DNA of 63,127 nt, filler included, from an uncultured bacterium (GTDB lineage: Bacteria; CAYJRR01), in assembly GCA_964372275.1 (NCBI GenBank). It is 5 parts of 5 records of this genome, joined end to end, with 100 filler letters (N's around TTAATTAATTAA, not from the genome) between each part and the next. Parts side by side here need not be neighbours in the genome. Positions count along the whole stretch, not along the records: positions 40,855 to 54,098 come from CAYJRR010000126.1; positions 54,199 to 63,127 come from CAYJRR010000159.1; 3 more parts are not named here. One strand, written 5' to 3'. This document shows positions 46,523 to 56,536 of this stretch, in pieces; the stretch's first letter is position 1; every line of letters starts with the position of its first letter. The translations under genes and the position numbers were made by a program. The notes beneath the pieces were generated by a model. That model was not told the origin of the DNA and ran no database searches. It was given only the letters and a program-made list of their open reading frames with translations.

Positions 46523-48349
46523 ATGGCGAACGTGATCTGCCCCTCCTGCGGAACGCGGAACGCGGATGGGAGCGACGCCTGCTCGCGCTGCGAGCGCTCC
46601 TTTTCGGAGTCGGACGTCGCCGCGAGCTCCGGTCTGGGGTCGACCTCGGTCGAGGCTCCGGTCGAAGGGATGGGCCGCGACACCGTCGGCGGCCGCTATC
46701 GCCTGAAGTCGATCATCGGCCGTGGCGGCGTCGGCGTCGTCTACGCCGCCACCGACCTCGAGCTGGGTGAGGAGCTGGCGATCAAGTTCCTGAAGCCGGG
46801 CGAAAGCCGCGATCCGAAGGAGATCGACCGCTTCAAGAGCGAGATCAAGATTGCCCGCAAGATCACCCATCCGAACGTGATCCGGATCCACGACTTCGGG
46901 ATGGACGGCAGCGAGGCGTTCATCTCGATGGAGCTCTTGCAGGGCGGGACGCTCGCCAACCGCATCGAGAACGGGCTGTCGCTCTCCGACGCGGTCGAGA
47001 TCGCCGTCGGGATCTGCGAGGGTCTGGCCGCCGCGCACCAGGACGGGATCGTCCACCGCGACCTGAAGCCGGAGAACGTGCTGTTCGACGGCAACGAACG
47101 GCCGAAGATCGTCGACTTCGGCCTCGCGCGCCTGTCGGCGACCACCAGCCGGACGGTCGGCTTCAGCGGGACGCCTTTCTACATGAGCCCGGAGCAGGCG
47201 GCGGGGAAGGAGGCGACGCCGCAGAGCGACATCTACTCCATCGGTGTCGTCCTCTACGAGATGTTCACCGGGCAGCTTCCGTTCGCCGCCGACAACCTGC
47301 TCGCGCTGGCGATGAAGCACACGACGGAGAGGCCGAAGCCGGCGAACGAGATCCGCACCGACCTCCCGGCGGAGATCAACGCCATCATCATGCAGGCGTT
47401 GGAGAAGAACCCCGCCGATCGCCCGGCGAGCGCCAACGAGCTGGCGTCGGTTTTCCGGGCCTGGAGCGATCGTCTGCCGAAGGGGGTCGTTCCGGAGATC
47501 TCGGCGGTGGAGGGGACGGCGATCCTGCCGCCGCGCAGCTTCCCGACGATCTACCGACCGGGGGCCCCGGCGCCGGCCGCGACGCCCTCGTCACCGGCCT
47601 CCGATCCCACGATGGCGGTCGTCCGGCGTCCGATGTCGGAGCGGCGCAAGGAGCCGCTGATCAAGGCGCCGCCTCAGAAGACACGCGGCTTCCCGATGGC
47701 CGCGCTGCTGGTGCTTCCGCTGGTGATCGGCGGCGGTGGCTATCTCGCCCTGTCGAAGTTCAAGAAACCGCCGGAGAAGAAGACCGCGGCAGTGGCCGCT
47801 CCGGTCCGTCCGGGTGCCGGCGCGGCAGGGGCGACGTCCGCCTCGCCGGCGTCCGCGCCGCCGGCCACGGCTCCGGGCGGCGCGACGGCCTCCGCGGCCG
47901 GTGCGACCTCCGTGGGCGCGCCGGTCCCCGCGGCCGACGCCGCGGTCCGGGCGCCGGTGTCCGATCCCAAGGCGGCGGGTCGCGCGGCGCCGCCGACTCG
48001 CCCCACGGCGCCCAAGCGCGTCGACGTCGCCTCGGCGAAGTCGGTTGCCCCGCCTCCACCACCGGCTCCAGCCCCGGCTCCCGTCGCCGCACCGGCGTCG
48101 GTCGGCTACCTCACGGTGCGGGCGCTCAAGTGGGGCGGTTTGATCCTGGACGGCAAGAAGGTGGGGGAGGAGTCGAAGTATCCGGTCAAGCGGCTCGCGC
48201 TGCCGGCCGGACCGCACACCGCCATCGTCTACACCGGGCAGGACAAGCAGACGCAGAAGAAGGTCCAGTTTACCGTCCAGCCGGGGCTCGAGACCGAGAT
48301 CAACATCAACTTCGAGCTCGGCACCCCGCCCAGCGTCCTGACGAAGTGA
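46523..48349 (+). CDS. Hanks-type Ser/Thr kinase with N-terminal zinc ribbon, TM helix and PEGA-like C-terminus
   Basis: CPSC/CSRC, GRGGVG, AIK, HRDLKPEN, DFG, YMSPEQ. Confidence 0.92.
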   Translation: MANVICPSCGTRNADGSDACSRCERSFSESDVAASSGLGSTSVEAPVEGMGRDTVGGRYRLKSIIGRGGVGVVYAATDLELGEELAIKFLKPGESRDPKEIDRFKSEIKIARKITHPNVIRIHDFGMDGSEAFISMELLQGGTLANRIENGLSLSDAVEIAVGICEGLAAAHQDGIVHRDLKPENVLFDGNERPKIVDFGLARLSATTSRTVGFSGTPFYMSPEQAAGKEATPQSDIYSIGVVLYEMFTGQLPFAADNLLALAMKHTTERPKPANEIRTDLPAEINAIIMQALEKNPADRPASANELASVFRAWSDRLPKGVVPEISAVEGTAILPPRSFPTIYRPGAPAPAATPSSPASDPTMAVVRRPMSERRKEPLIKAPPQKTRGFPMAALLVLPLVIGGGGYLALSKFKKPPEKKTAAVAAPVRPGAGAAGATSASPASAPPATAPGGATASAAGATSVGAPVPAADAAVRAPVSDPKAAGRAAPPTRPTAPKRVDVASAKSVAPPPPPAPAPAPVAAPASVGYLTVRALKWGGLILDGKKVGEESKYPVKRLALPAGPHTAIVYTGQDKQTQKKVQFTVQPGLETEININFELGTPPSVLTK

Positions 48350-48391
48350 CCGGCGGAAGCTTCCCGTCGTGCCGGCGACGAGGCTCGACGA

Positions 48392-50212
48392 TCAGAAGGC
48401 GAAGCTGACGTTCGCCGAGACGGTGGTCATCGTCTCGGAGAGACTGTTCTTGTCCCCCTCGGCCGACTCGAGACTCACCGTGCGCAGCTCGCCACCGAGA
48501 TCGAGACCCATCCGCCAGCGGTCACGAGGCGCCCAGTCGAGGCCGAGCCGCCAGGTCGGAGCGATCGAGGCCGTCTGGTCGGTGCCGCTGATGTCGGCCG
48601 GCGTCTCCTTCCATTGCGGGAGGAGGACACCGGCGCCGCCGGTGATCGCCAGACGCGCGGCCCCGAGCCAGTAGCTGCCTTCGGCGCGGACGGCGATGCC
48701 GCTCATCGACGTGTCGGTGAACAGTGGCCGATCCCCGTACTCCTTCTCCAGCGGGATCGCCTTGTAGCCTTCGATTTGATAGCCGACGAAGCCGCCCAAG
48801 GAGACGCTGTCTGCGACCGCCTTGCGATAGCCGACCGCGGTGGAGATCCGGTTCATCGTGCCGCCCTGCTTCGTGTCGCTCTCCCCTTCGGGGAGCTGCG
48901 CCTCGACGGTGGTGATGGCGTAGGAGTAGAGCGCCGCATCGAGCGCCAGCACCAACCCCTTCCACGACACCGCCGCTTCGACCCGCGGACCGGCGCCGGT
49001 CATCTTCGCCACGACCGCGTCGGCGTCCCCTTCGGTGAACGAACGGCCCCAGAGCGCGACGGCGAGCCCGCCTCGGGTCACCACGCCGATCGATCCCCCG
49101 TCGCTCCCCCACGCCGCCGCCGACGTTCGCGCCTCCTTCTCCTCCAGCGACTTGCGCAGCGCCTCGAGCTCGTCCGAGATCCAGGTGAGGAGCGGCGTGA
49201 GCCCCCGGGGATTCGACTCCGGATCGGGGACCGAGAGCGGCTTGGGGATCCGCGACGGCTCCGACGGCTTGGACTTCTTCCAGACCATCGCCCGGACCTC
49301 GGTCGGGAAGCTCGCTCGCGCCGCGAGGACGATCATCACGTCGAGCTCCGCCGCCGCGGCCAGCTCGGCGAGCGGATCCTTCGCGCCGTCGCTTTTCTCT
49401 TTTGGAGGGCCGGCCGAAAGGGCGGTGAGCGCCCGGACATCGTCCCGCTTGAGCGCGATCGGCGAGCTCAGATCGACCGTCGTGTCGGCCTGGACGTTGA
49501 TCGCGCGGATGAGCGGCCGAAACCCGGTGGCGGTGACGCTGACGTAGTGCCGGCCGGCGGGAAGGCTGACCGAGGCGGAGGTCACCTTGTCGTCGACACG
49601 CACCTCCGCCCCCGGCGGCGCCCCCTGGAGTGTGATCGTCACCGGCAGGAGCTTCGCGCGCACCCGCTCGACCAGCGCGGCCACCGGCGGGGGGTAGAGG
49701 TTCAGGTCGACGACGTGTTTGGCGTCGAGCGCGAGCAGCTCGCGGACCGAGGCTTCGGCGCCGGCGCTGTCGCCGCTGCCGATCTGCACCGTCGCGCGGA
49801 GAAGGTGCAGCCTCAGGCGGTCGGCCATCCAGGCCTCGTCGACCTTGTCGTAGATCGCCGCGGCGCTCTTCAAGCGTTCCAGCGCCACCGGGATCTGGTC
49901 TTCGTCGTAGGCCCGGCTGGCCTGCGCGACGAGGTCGGCGGCCTGTTTCCGGAGCGGCGCGGTGTCGGCGGCGACCCGGATCTCGGCGAAGGCGATCTTC
50001 GCCGCCAGTTCCGCGGCGGGGACGTGCACGATCCCCGGCTGGGTGGAGAGCGCGGTGTCGATGGCGCGTTGCAGCCTTCCGGTCGACGCGGTGTGCGGCC
50101 CGACCGCCAACACGCCGACGCGCGGATTCTCCGCGGCACGCGCGTCGCGCGCCGCCGCCGACAGCGAGGCGGCCGCGACCACGAGAAGCAGGTTGCGTGG
50201 GAGGTGCGCCAT
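48392..50212 (-). CDS. Secreted TPR/PEGA protein with C-terminal beta-barrel
   Basis: Signal peptide ARA-AE, PPGAEVRVD PEGA motif, amphipathic strands ending in Phe. Confidence 0.65.
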   Translation of the reverse strand: MAHLPRNLLLVVAAASLSAAARDARAAENPRVGVLAVGPHTASTGRLQRAIDTALSTQPGIVHVPAAELAAKIAFAEIRVAADTAPLRKQAADLVAQASRAYDEDQIPVALERLKSAAAIYDKVDEAWMADRLRLHLLRATVQIGSGDSAGAEASVRELLALDAKHVVDLNLYPPPVAALVERVRAKLLPVTITLQGAPPGAEVRVDDKVTSASVSLPAGRHYVSVTATGFRPLIRAINVQADTTVDLSSPIALKRDDVRALTALSAGPPKEKSDGAKDPLAELAAAAELDVMIVLAARASFPTEVRAMVWKKSKPSEPSRIPKPLSVPDPESNPRGLTPLLTWISDELEALRKSLEEKEARTSAAAWGSDGGSIGVVTRGGLAVALWGRSFTEGDADAVVAKMTGAGPRVEAAVSWKGLVLALDAALYSYAITTVEAQLPEGESDTKQGGTMNRISTAVGYRKAVADSVSLGGFVGYQIEGYKAIPLEKEYGDRPLFTDTSMSGIAVRAEGSYWLGAARLAITGGAGVLLPQWKETPADISGTDQTASIAPTWRLGLDWAPRDRWRMGLDLGGELRTVSLESAEGDKNSLSETMTTVSANVSFAF

Positions 50213-50286
50213 CGTCTCAAGCATACGCGATTGCAGCCTCTTTCGTTGCCGTCGGTTCCGACGCGGTGCTACGGTTTTACCACCGG

Positions 50287-51993
50287 ATGGCGCACCTGCG
50301 TTACCGCGATTCCGATGGCAAGCCGGCGGTGCTGACCCTGTCCGGGGGGGAGGTGGTGATCGGTCGCCTCCCGGGGTGCGACGTCGTCATCTCCAAGAAC
50401 TTCGTCTCGCGGCGCCACGCGCGCGTCCACCACTCCGGCGGGCGGTGGACGATCACCGACCTCGACTCCTCCCACGGTACCTTCGTCAACCGGCTCCGGG
50501 TGAAGGAGAAGGTGCTGGAGCCCAACGACCAGATCGAGATCGGCGGCGAGGTGCTGACCTACTCCGACGACGCGCTGATCGGCCGGCCGGCCCCGAAGAA
50601 GATCCCCGCGATGCCGATCCAGGCGGCCGAAGAGGAGGTGGCGACCGGAGAGTACGTCCCGCCGTCGACCGATCCCGCGATCATGAGCGAGCAGAAGCTC
50701 GGTTCGGGGGCGCTGATGCGGATGACGATGGTCGGTTCGGTCGCCGACTTCGCCTCGCTCCGGCCCGCCACGGCCAAGACGACCAAGACCGACGACCTCC
50801 TCCGGAGCGTTCAAGAGAAGGAGCGGCTGGAGACGTTGCTCGCGGTCAGCAAGGAGCTGCACCGCGGAGCGACGCTGGAGGCGGTGGTTCGCACCACCGT
50901 CGAGACGGCGCTCAAAGTCTTCCAGGCCGATCGCGGCGTGCTGGCGCTGGCGCCGGAGCCGGGCCAGCCGATCGCGCCGGCGCTGCAACTGACTAGCGCG
51001 AAGGGGGGGTTCGCCGAAACCACGGTGCGCGTGAGCCAGACCCTCGTCGACCGCGCGATCCACGACCGCAAGGCGGTGGCGGTGCTCGACACCGGCCAGG
51101 ACGCGAGCGTGGCGATGGCGCGGAGCATCGTGGCGCAGGACATCCGCTCGGTCCTCTGCGCGCCGGTGTGGGACGGGGAGGAGATTCTCGGCTATCTCTA
51201 CCTGGACAGCGTCGGGATCGGTCGCCGGTTCGGCCCGGACGACCTCGACCTGCTGTCGGTGATCGGCTACACCGCCGCCGGCGCCATCGGGCGGCTCAAG
51301 GCGGCGGAACGGATCAAGCAGGAGGAGAACCGGCGGAACAACCTCGCCCGCTTCGTCTCGGCCGACGTCGTCCGCCATCTCGACGAGCAGGCGAGCACGG
51401 GCAGCCTCGACCCGACGGCGTTGATCGCGGAGCGCGAGCTGACGGTGCTGTTCTCGGACATCGTCGGCTTCACGACGCTGAGCGAGGGGCTCTCTCCGAC
51501 GCAGCTCAAGAAGTTCCTCGACGAGTACTTCGAGCGGATGATCGAGATCATCATGGACCGCAACGGCGGGACGCTCGACAAGTACATCGGCGACGCGATC
51601 ATGGCCCTGTTCGGGGCACCCTACTCGAGGGGGATCGCCGAGGACGCGCGCTCGGCGGTGAACGCGGCGTTGGAGATGTGCGCCGCCATCCAGCAGCTTC
51701 GCCGTGGCGGACCGGAGATGGCCTCGCTCGACGTGCGCATCGGCATCAACACCGGCAAGGCGGTCGCCGGCCCGCTCGGCGCGCAGCGCCGACTCGAATA
51801 CTCCGCCATCGGCGACGCGGTGAACGTCGCGAGCCGTCTGGAGAGCACCGGCTCGCCCGGATGCATCCAGATCGGAGAATCGACCTACGACGCGGTGAAG
51901 GATTACTTCGTCTGCGAGTACGCCGGCGAGCATCCGGTGAAGAACCGGAAGCAGCCGGTGAAGAGTTGGTGGGTTGTGGAGGCGAAGAGCTGA
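50287..51993 (+). CDS. FHA-GAF-class III adenylate cyclase
   Basis: FHA (IGR, SRRHA, SSHGTFVN), GAF (SVLCAP, YLDS), cyclase (FSDIVGFT, DKYIGD, GDAVNVASRLE). Confidence 0.9.
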   Translation: MAHLRYRDSDGKPAVLTLSGGEVVIGRLPGCDVVISKNFVSRRHARVHHSGGRWTITDLDSSHGTFVNRLRVKEKVLEPNDQIEIGGEVLTYSDDALIGRPAPKKIPAMPIQAAEEEVATGEYVPPSTDPAIMSEQKLGSGALMRMTMVGSVADFASLRPATAKTTKTDDLLRSVQEKERLETLLAVSKELHRGATLEAVVRTTVETALKVFQADRGVLALAPEPGQPIAPALQLTSAKGGFAETTVRVSQTLVDRAIHDRKAVAVLDTGQDASVAMARSIVAQDIRSVLCAPVWDGEEILGYLYLDSVGIGRRFGPDDLDLLSVIGYTAAGAIGRLKAAERIKQEENRRNNLARFVSADVVRHLDEQASTGSLDPTALIAERELTVLFSDIVGFTTLSEGLSPTQLKKFLDEYFERMIEIIMDRNGGTLDKYIGDAIMALFGAPYSRGIAEDARSAVNAALEMCAAIQQLRRGGPEMASLDVRIGINTGKAVAGPLGAQRRLEYSAIGDAVNVASRLESTGSPGCIQIGESTYDAVKDYFVCEYAGEHPVKNRKQPVKSWWVVEAKS

Positions 51994-51996
51994 GGC

Positions 51997-52084
51997 AATT
52001 CAAAATTGGAAATTGAAAATGTAAGACCGACAACCGAAGAACCGATGTCGGTCTTACGTTTCCAATTTCCAATTCTCAATTTCC
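51997..52084. repeat. Heptamer hairpin element, copy 4 (possible bidirectional terminator)
   Basis: 29-bp arms 52004-52032 and 52046-52074 with 2 mismatches, built on AAATTG(G/A) units. Confidence 0.8.
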
Positions 52085-53098
52085 GATCTCCACTACCACC
52101 GTCTTGTCTCCATCCGGCGTGACCGCGATCCGGGTCCCTAGGCAGCGTCGTAGCAGGTCGATCTGGGTGGTCGCATGCGCCGTCAGCGCCATCGTCCGAA
52201 ACGTTCCCCCACCGGCGAGCGCCATCGGCAGCAGCAACTGGTCGGCGAGGTAGGGACCGACCGGCGCGCCCGCGTCGAGGTAGGCGCGCGCCTCCGCGCA
52301 GACGGCACGGGCCACGGTCTCGGCGCGGATCTCCTTGGCTCCGATCCCGGTGAAGACCTCGGTCAGGTGGTCCGACTCGATCTCGAGGGTGAGCACGTTT
52401 CCCGGCCCTCTCGAATCGCCGACGTCGACGACGCGAAGCTCCTCCTTGGGCCAACGCAGCTCGAGCTTCACCACTTTCAGTTCGCGCTCGACGATGTGCA
52501 AAGGGAGCTGGACGACGCTCGCGTAGGCGCGCCGTCGGCGGATCTCCCCTCGGGCCATCAGGTCGAGGCGCTTCCACCCCTCCGCGAGCGGCGTGACTTT
52601 GGCCCGGATCTTCCCCCGGCCGGTCGGCGGGAATCCGGCGCGGTCAAGCTTCAGCGAGACCTTGGCCCCCATCCGCCCCAACAGGGGCAGGTAGGCCCCC
52701 TTCAGGAACTCGAAGGAGGGGGCGCGGGGATTGTGGGTCCCGCCTTCGAGCACCAGGCTCGACGGTTCCTTCGCCATCGCCAGCGCCGGAAGCACCGTCT
52801 GCAGCACCAGACCGGCGCTCCCCTCGCTTTCGACGTCGACGTGATGATCGCCGCCCGTGATCGCGGACGGGCGGAAGACGATCTCGCCGGCGTCGAGCGC
52901 CGCCCCCTCGACCTCCGCCCGACCGACGGCGACCGCGGCGCGGACGGCGGCGAGGTGCTGCCGGCGCAGACCCGGCTTCTCGCGCGTGGCACGGATCGCG
53001 CGCACGCGAACGGCCTGAAGGGTGGCCAGCGAGAGCGCGAGGGCCGCGCGCAGAACCTGTCCGCCCCCTTCGCCCTGCGAGCCGTCGACGTCGAGCAC
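52076..53098 (-). CDS. rtcA: RNA 3'-terminal phosphate cyclase
   Basis: DGSQGEGGGQVLR, PGLRRQH, GGTHNP.AP, YLADQLLLP and catalytic-position His (TAHATT). Confidence 0.92.
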   Translation of the reverse strand: MLDVDGSQGEGGGQVLRAALALSLATLQAVRVRAIRATREKPGLRRQHLAAVRAAVAVGRAEVEGAALDAGEIVFRPSAITGGDHHVDVESEGSAGLVLQTVLPALAMAKEPSSLVLEGGTHNPRAPSFEFLKGAYLPLLGRMGAKVSLKLDRAGFPPTGRGKIRAKVTPLAEGWKRLDLMARGEIRRRRAYASVVQLPLHIVERELKVVKLELRWPKEELRVVDVGDSRGPGNVLTLEIESDHLTEVFTGIGAKEIRAETVARAVCAEARAYLDAGAPVGPYLADQLLLPMALAGGGTFRTMALTAHATTQIDLLRRCLGTRIAVTPDGDKTVVVEIGN

Positions 53099-53196
53099 GC
53101 GTCAAGCGTACGTGGAGGCGGCGCGTGGCGTCCAGGCCGTGATACCGTCGACCTCGGTCGGTCGAATATCCGGTCGAATACACGGAGGGGGCGGAG

Positions 53197-54098
53197 ATGA
53201 GGACGGAGCTTCGGTGGATGTCGGCGGTCGCGTTCGGAATCCTCATGGCCGGGACGATGGGCTGTTCCGCGGAGGACGACGAAGATGGCCAGGGGGAGTC
53301 GATCGTCCTCGAGGAGATGGTCGAGGTGGCGATCGACGACACCGCGAAGCTGATCGAGTTTGCCCTGATGGGGAGCGCCCCCAACGCCTATTACAACGGC
53401 ATCGTGGGGATCTCCCTCGGCTCCTTCGCCGCCGACGAGAGCACCAACGGCTGCCCGTCGCTGACCGAGGACGGCACGACGACGACGATCGAGGGGGACT
53501 GCACCGACGAGTTCGGATCGGTGTGGACCGGGAAGGCGGTCTCCAAGGGGTCGTTCGCCAGCGCGACGATCACCTACACCGACTTCGGTCTGACCGGGCC
53601 CGCCACCTGCGACACGAGCCTCACCACGCAGTTCGCCTACAACGGCAAGATGACGTTCTCCGCCAGCGGCAGCTTCACCGTCGATCTCAAGATCGACGTC
53701 GACGGCTACGACGACGACAGCTGCGAGCCGGTGCAGGGGGTCGGTGCCTGGTTCTACAAGGGGAAGTTCGTCGAGGAGGAAGGGGAGTCGGAGGAGGAGT
53801 CGGGCCCGACCACCTGGAACGGTTCGGGCGAGGTCGGGTACGACTTCGTCGGAAAGGTGCAGGCCTCCACCGACGACGAGGTGATCGACGACGAGGCCTG
53901 CGAGACCGAAGCGGCCTCCGGCACGACCACCTTCGAAGGGGGAGGGTCGACGGCGGTGATCACCTACGACGGCGCGACGGCGTGCAGCACCGCCTCGATC
54001 GTCACCTGGACGCTGAACGGCGATGACCAGGGGGAGGTGGCCGGCATCGCCTGCGATGTCGCCGTTCCCGAGGGAGGCGGCGTGGGCGGACGTCTCGT
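53197..54098 (+). CDS. Acidic Cys-containing lipoprotein, truncated at contig end
   Basis: TMGC lipobox, Asp/Glu/Thr-rich beta sequence. Confidence 0.65.
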
Positions 54099-54198
54099 NN
54101 NNNNNNNNNNNNNNNNNNNNNNNNNNNNNNNNNNNNNNNNNNTTAATTAATTAANNNNNNNNNNNNNNNNNNNNNNNNNNNNNNNNNNNNNNNNNNNN
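54099..54198. other. Artificial contig linker
   Basis: N-TTAATTAATTAA-N. Confidence 0.98.
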
Positions 54199-54426
54199 GC
54201 CAACTACCAGGCAGGGGGGGAGAACTACTCCGCGCCGCACACCTTCGTCCGAATCGTCCGCGAGGGCTCCGGCGTCAAGGTGCAGTTTGCCCGGATCGAG
54301 GGTCGCGGATGCGCGCATTCCGAGACGACCTCGGACGAGGTTTTCGGCGGCTGGCGGAGCGTCTGCAAGAGCTCCTACACCGCGTTCGTCGAGACCGCGA
54401 ACTGGTATTTCCAGTCCTGCCAATGA
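54199..54426 (+). CDS. C-terminal fragment of a hypothetical protein
   Basis: Open frame ...GENYSAPHTFVRIV...ANWYFQSCQ* with plausible codon usage. Confidence 0.45.
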   Translation, partial: ANYQAGGENYSAPHTFVRIVREGSGVKVQFARIEGRGCAHSETTSDEVFGGWRSVCKSSYTAFVETANWYFQSCQ

Positions 54427-54504
54427 CCCCGCCCGCGATCCCCGCAGGAGTGCCCGCACGGCCTTCATGACGGACGCTCGAAAATCGTCTACACGGTGGG
54501 GACG

Positions 54505-55716
54505 ATGCTTGGAGCGGCGCGGTCGTTCCTGAGGGACGTGCCGGACATCGATCCGGCGCACCGCCGCTGGTACGCGTTGGCCGCCTACGCCATCGCGCTC
54601 GGCGTCGTCATCCACTTCGGACTGGCGGCGATGTTCGCGGCGCTCGGCGTGACGTCGCTCGCGGTGATGGACGGGGCCTGCGTGCTGGTCTTTCTCGGCA
54701 TCGCACGAATCCACCGGCAGGGCCGCCTCCGACTCGCGTTCGTCCTGTCGTTCCTCGACGTCATCGCGAGCTCGGGCGTGAGCGCGGTGGTCCTCGGATG
54801 GGGGGCCGGGTTCCAGAACTACGTGATCCTCCCGGTCGTCTTCAACGGGGTCTCGACGTTGACGAAGCCGGCGAAAGCGGCGGTCGCGCTCGTCGGGATC
54901 GCGGTGTATGCCGGGCTGTACCTCTGGACCCGGAACCATGCGCCGCTCGAACCGCTGCCCCAGGGGGCGGAACAGCTGCTGTACGTGGCGAACGCCGCGA
55001 GCACCTTCGCCAGCCTGCTGTTGATCACCTACGTCCTCGACTCCGCCGCCCACCGGTTGGAATCGGCGCTCGACGGCGAGCGCCGGCGCGCCGACGCGCT
55101 CCTCGAGAACATCCTCCCCGCACCGATCGTGGAGCGCCTCAAGAGCGACGGCGGCACGATCGCGGAGTCGTTCGGCGAGGCGTCGGTCATGTTCTGCGAC
55201 ATCGTCGGGTTCACGAGCTACTCCGAGAAGGTGGCGCCGCAGGCCCTCGTCACCGTCCTGAACGAGCTGTTCTCGCGCTTCGACGACCTCGCCGAAAAGC
55301 ACGGCGTCGAGAAGATCAAGACGATCGGCGACGCCTACATGGTCGCGGCGGGGATCCCGGTTGGCCGCGGGGACCACGCGCATGCCCTGGCCGCGATGGC
55401 CCTGGAGATGCCCGCCATCGTGCGGGTGGTCGGCGCCCGGCACGGCGCCGACCTGCGGATGCGCATCGGCATCCACTCCGGCCCGGTCGTCGCGGGGGTC
55501 ATTGGGAAGAAGAAGTTCATCTACGACCTGTGGGGCGACACGGTGAACACCGCCTCCCGGATGGAATCGCACGGCCTCGCCGAGGAGATCCAGGTCACCG
55601 AGGCGACCTGCCGGTTCCTGCGGGACCGCTACGACCTGGTCGAGCGGGGGACGATCGACGTGAAGGGGAAGGGCCCGATGCAGACGTTTCTGTTGAAGGG
55701 CCCGCGCGCCGCCTAG
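54505..55716 (+). CDS. Membrane-bound class III adenylate cyclase
   Basis: About six TM helices, LLENILP, FCDIVGFT, KIKTIGDAYM, YDLWGDTVNTASRMES. Confidence 0.9.
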   Translation: MLGAARSFLRDVPDIDPAHRRWYALAAYAIALGVVIHFGLAAMFAALGVTSLAVMDGACVLVFLGIARIHRQGRLRLAFVLSFLDVIASSGVSAVVLGWGAGFQNYVILPVVFNGVSTLTKPAKAAVALVGIAVYAGLYLWTRNHAPLEPLPQGAEQLLYVANAASTFASLLLITYVLDSAAHRLESALDGERRRADALLENILPAPIVERLKSDGGTIAESFGEASVMFCDIVGFTSYSEKVAPQALVTVLNELFSRFDDLAEKHGVEKIKTIGDAYMVAAGIPVGRGDHAHALAAMALEMPAIVRVVGARHGADLRMRIGIHSGPVVAGVIGKKKFIYDLWGDTVNTASRMESHGLAEEIQVTEATCRFLRDRYDLVERGTIDVKGKGPMQTFLLKGPRAA

Positions 55717-56342
55717 GGCAGCTCGGCGGTGCAGCCGCCGGACCAGCTGGCGGTGCAGTCGAAGACGGCGTCGCTCGGGGTCACCACGGCGGAGGGCCAG
55801 TCGATCGTCGCCACCGTCCAGACGTGCTGCGGCGGAAGGTTCTCCTTCGGCAACGTCATCACCTGTCCGTCGACTTCGAGGGTGATCGTTCCGTCGGAGT
55901 CGGGGCTTCCCGTACCCCAGTGCTCGACGAGCACGGTGTAGGTCCCGGTCTCCGGACCCGCGAGCCAGATCCGCTCGGGGCCGAATTGGTCGACGTCGTC
56001 GAAGTCCTTGTGCGGATCGTCGGCGGCGTCGCCCGCCACCCCCCAATCGGGAGAGGTCCAGATGCACGTGGTCCAGGTGCAGTCGGTGAGGCTGTCGTTG
56101 ATCCGACCGCCCGGCTTCACCAGGTGCAGTTCCCAGTCATCGCCGAGGTCGTCCCAGGTCATGACGATCTCGATGTCGCCCGGAACGGGTGGGAGCGTGG
56201 GGGTCGGCGTCGGATCGGTCGGCGGGGTCGAGGTGGGGGTCGCTTCCGGCTCGGCCTCGGGACGGCCGACGATCGCGCCGTCGTTGCAGGCGGCGATGAG
56301 CAGCGTGACGCCGAGCGTCAGGAACGAACGATTCCGTTTCAT
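55713..56342 (-). CDS. Lipoprotein, YfaP/DUF2135-like
   Basis: IAAC lipobox, PT linker, MTWD..D.ELHL, DDVDQFGPE.I, GTY.V.V. Confidence 0.6.
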   Translation of the reverse strand: MKRNRSFLTLGVTLLIAACNDGAIVGRPEAEPEATPTSTPPTDPTPTPTLPPVPGDIEIVMTWDDLGDDWELHLVKPGGRINDSLTDCTWTTCIWTSPDWGVAGDAADDPHKDFDDVDQFGPERIWLAGPETGTYTVLVEHWGTGSPDSDGTITLEVDGQVMTLPKENLPPQHVWTVATIDWPSAVVTPSDAVFDCTASWSGGCTAELP

Positions 56343-56536
56343 CCCGTTCTCCTCGCGAACCCGAAGAGCAGCATTCGAGCCAATCACCACCCACCGCCTG
56401 CGCAAAGGGATTTTTCCGCCCCGGGGAGATCGATGGTGGCGGCCGCGTCGCAGGATCGCCCCGGCCGCGCGCACCCTGCGTGCCCCACGACGCAGGGCGG
56501 CAGCCGTGAAAGACCGCCTGCCGTTACACTTCCGAC

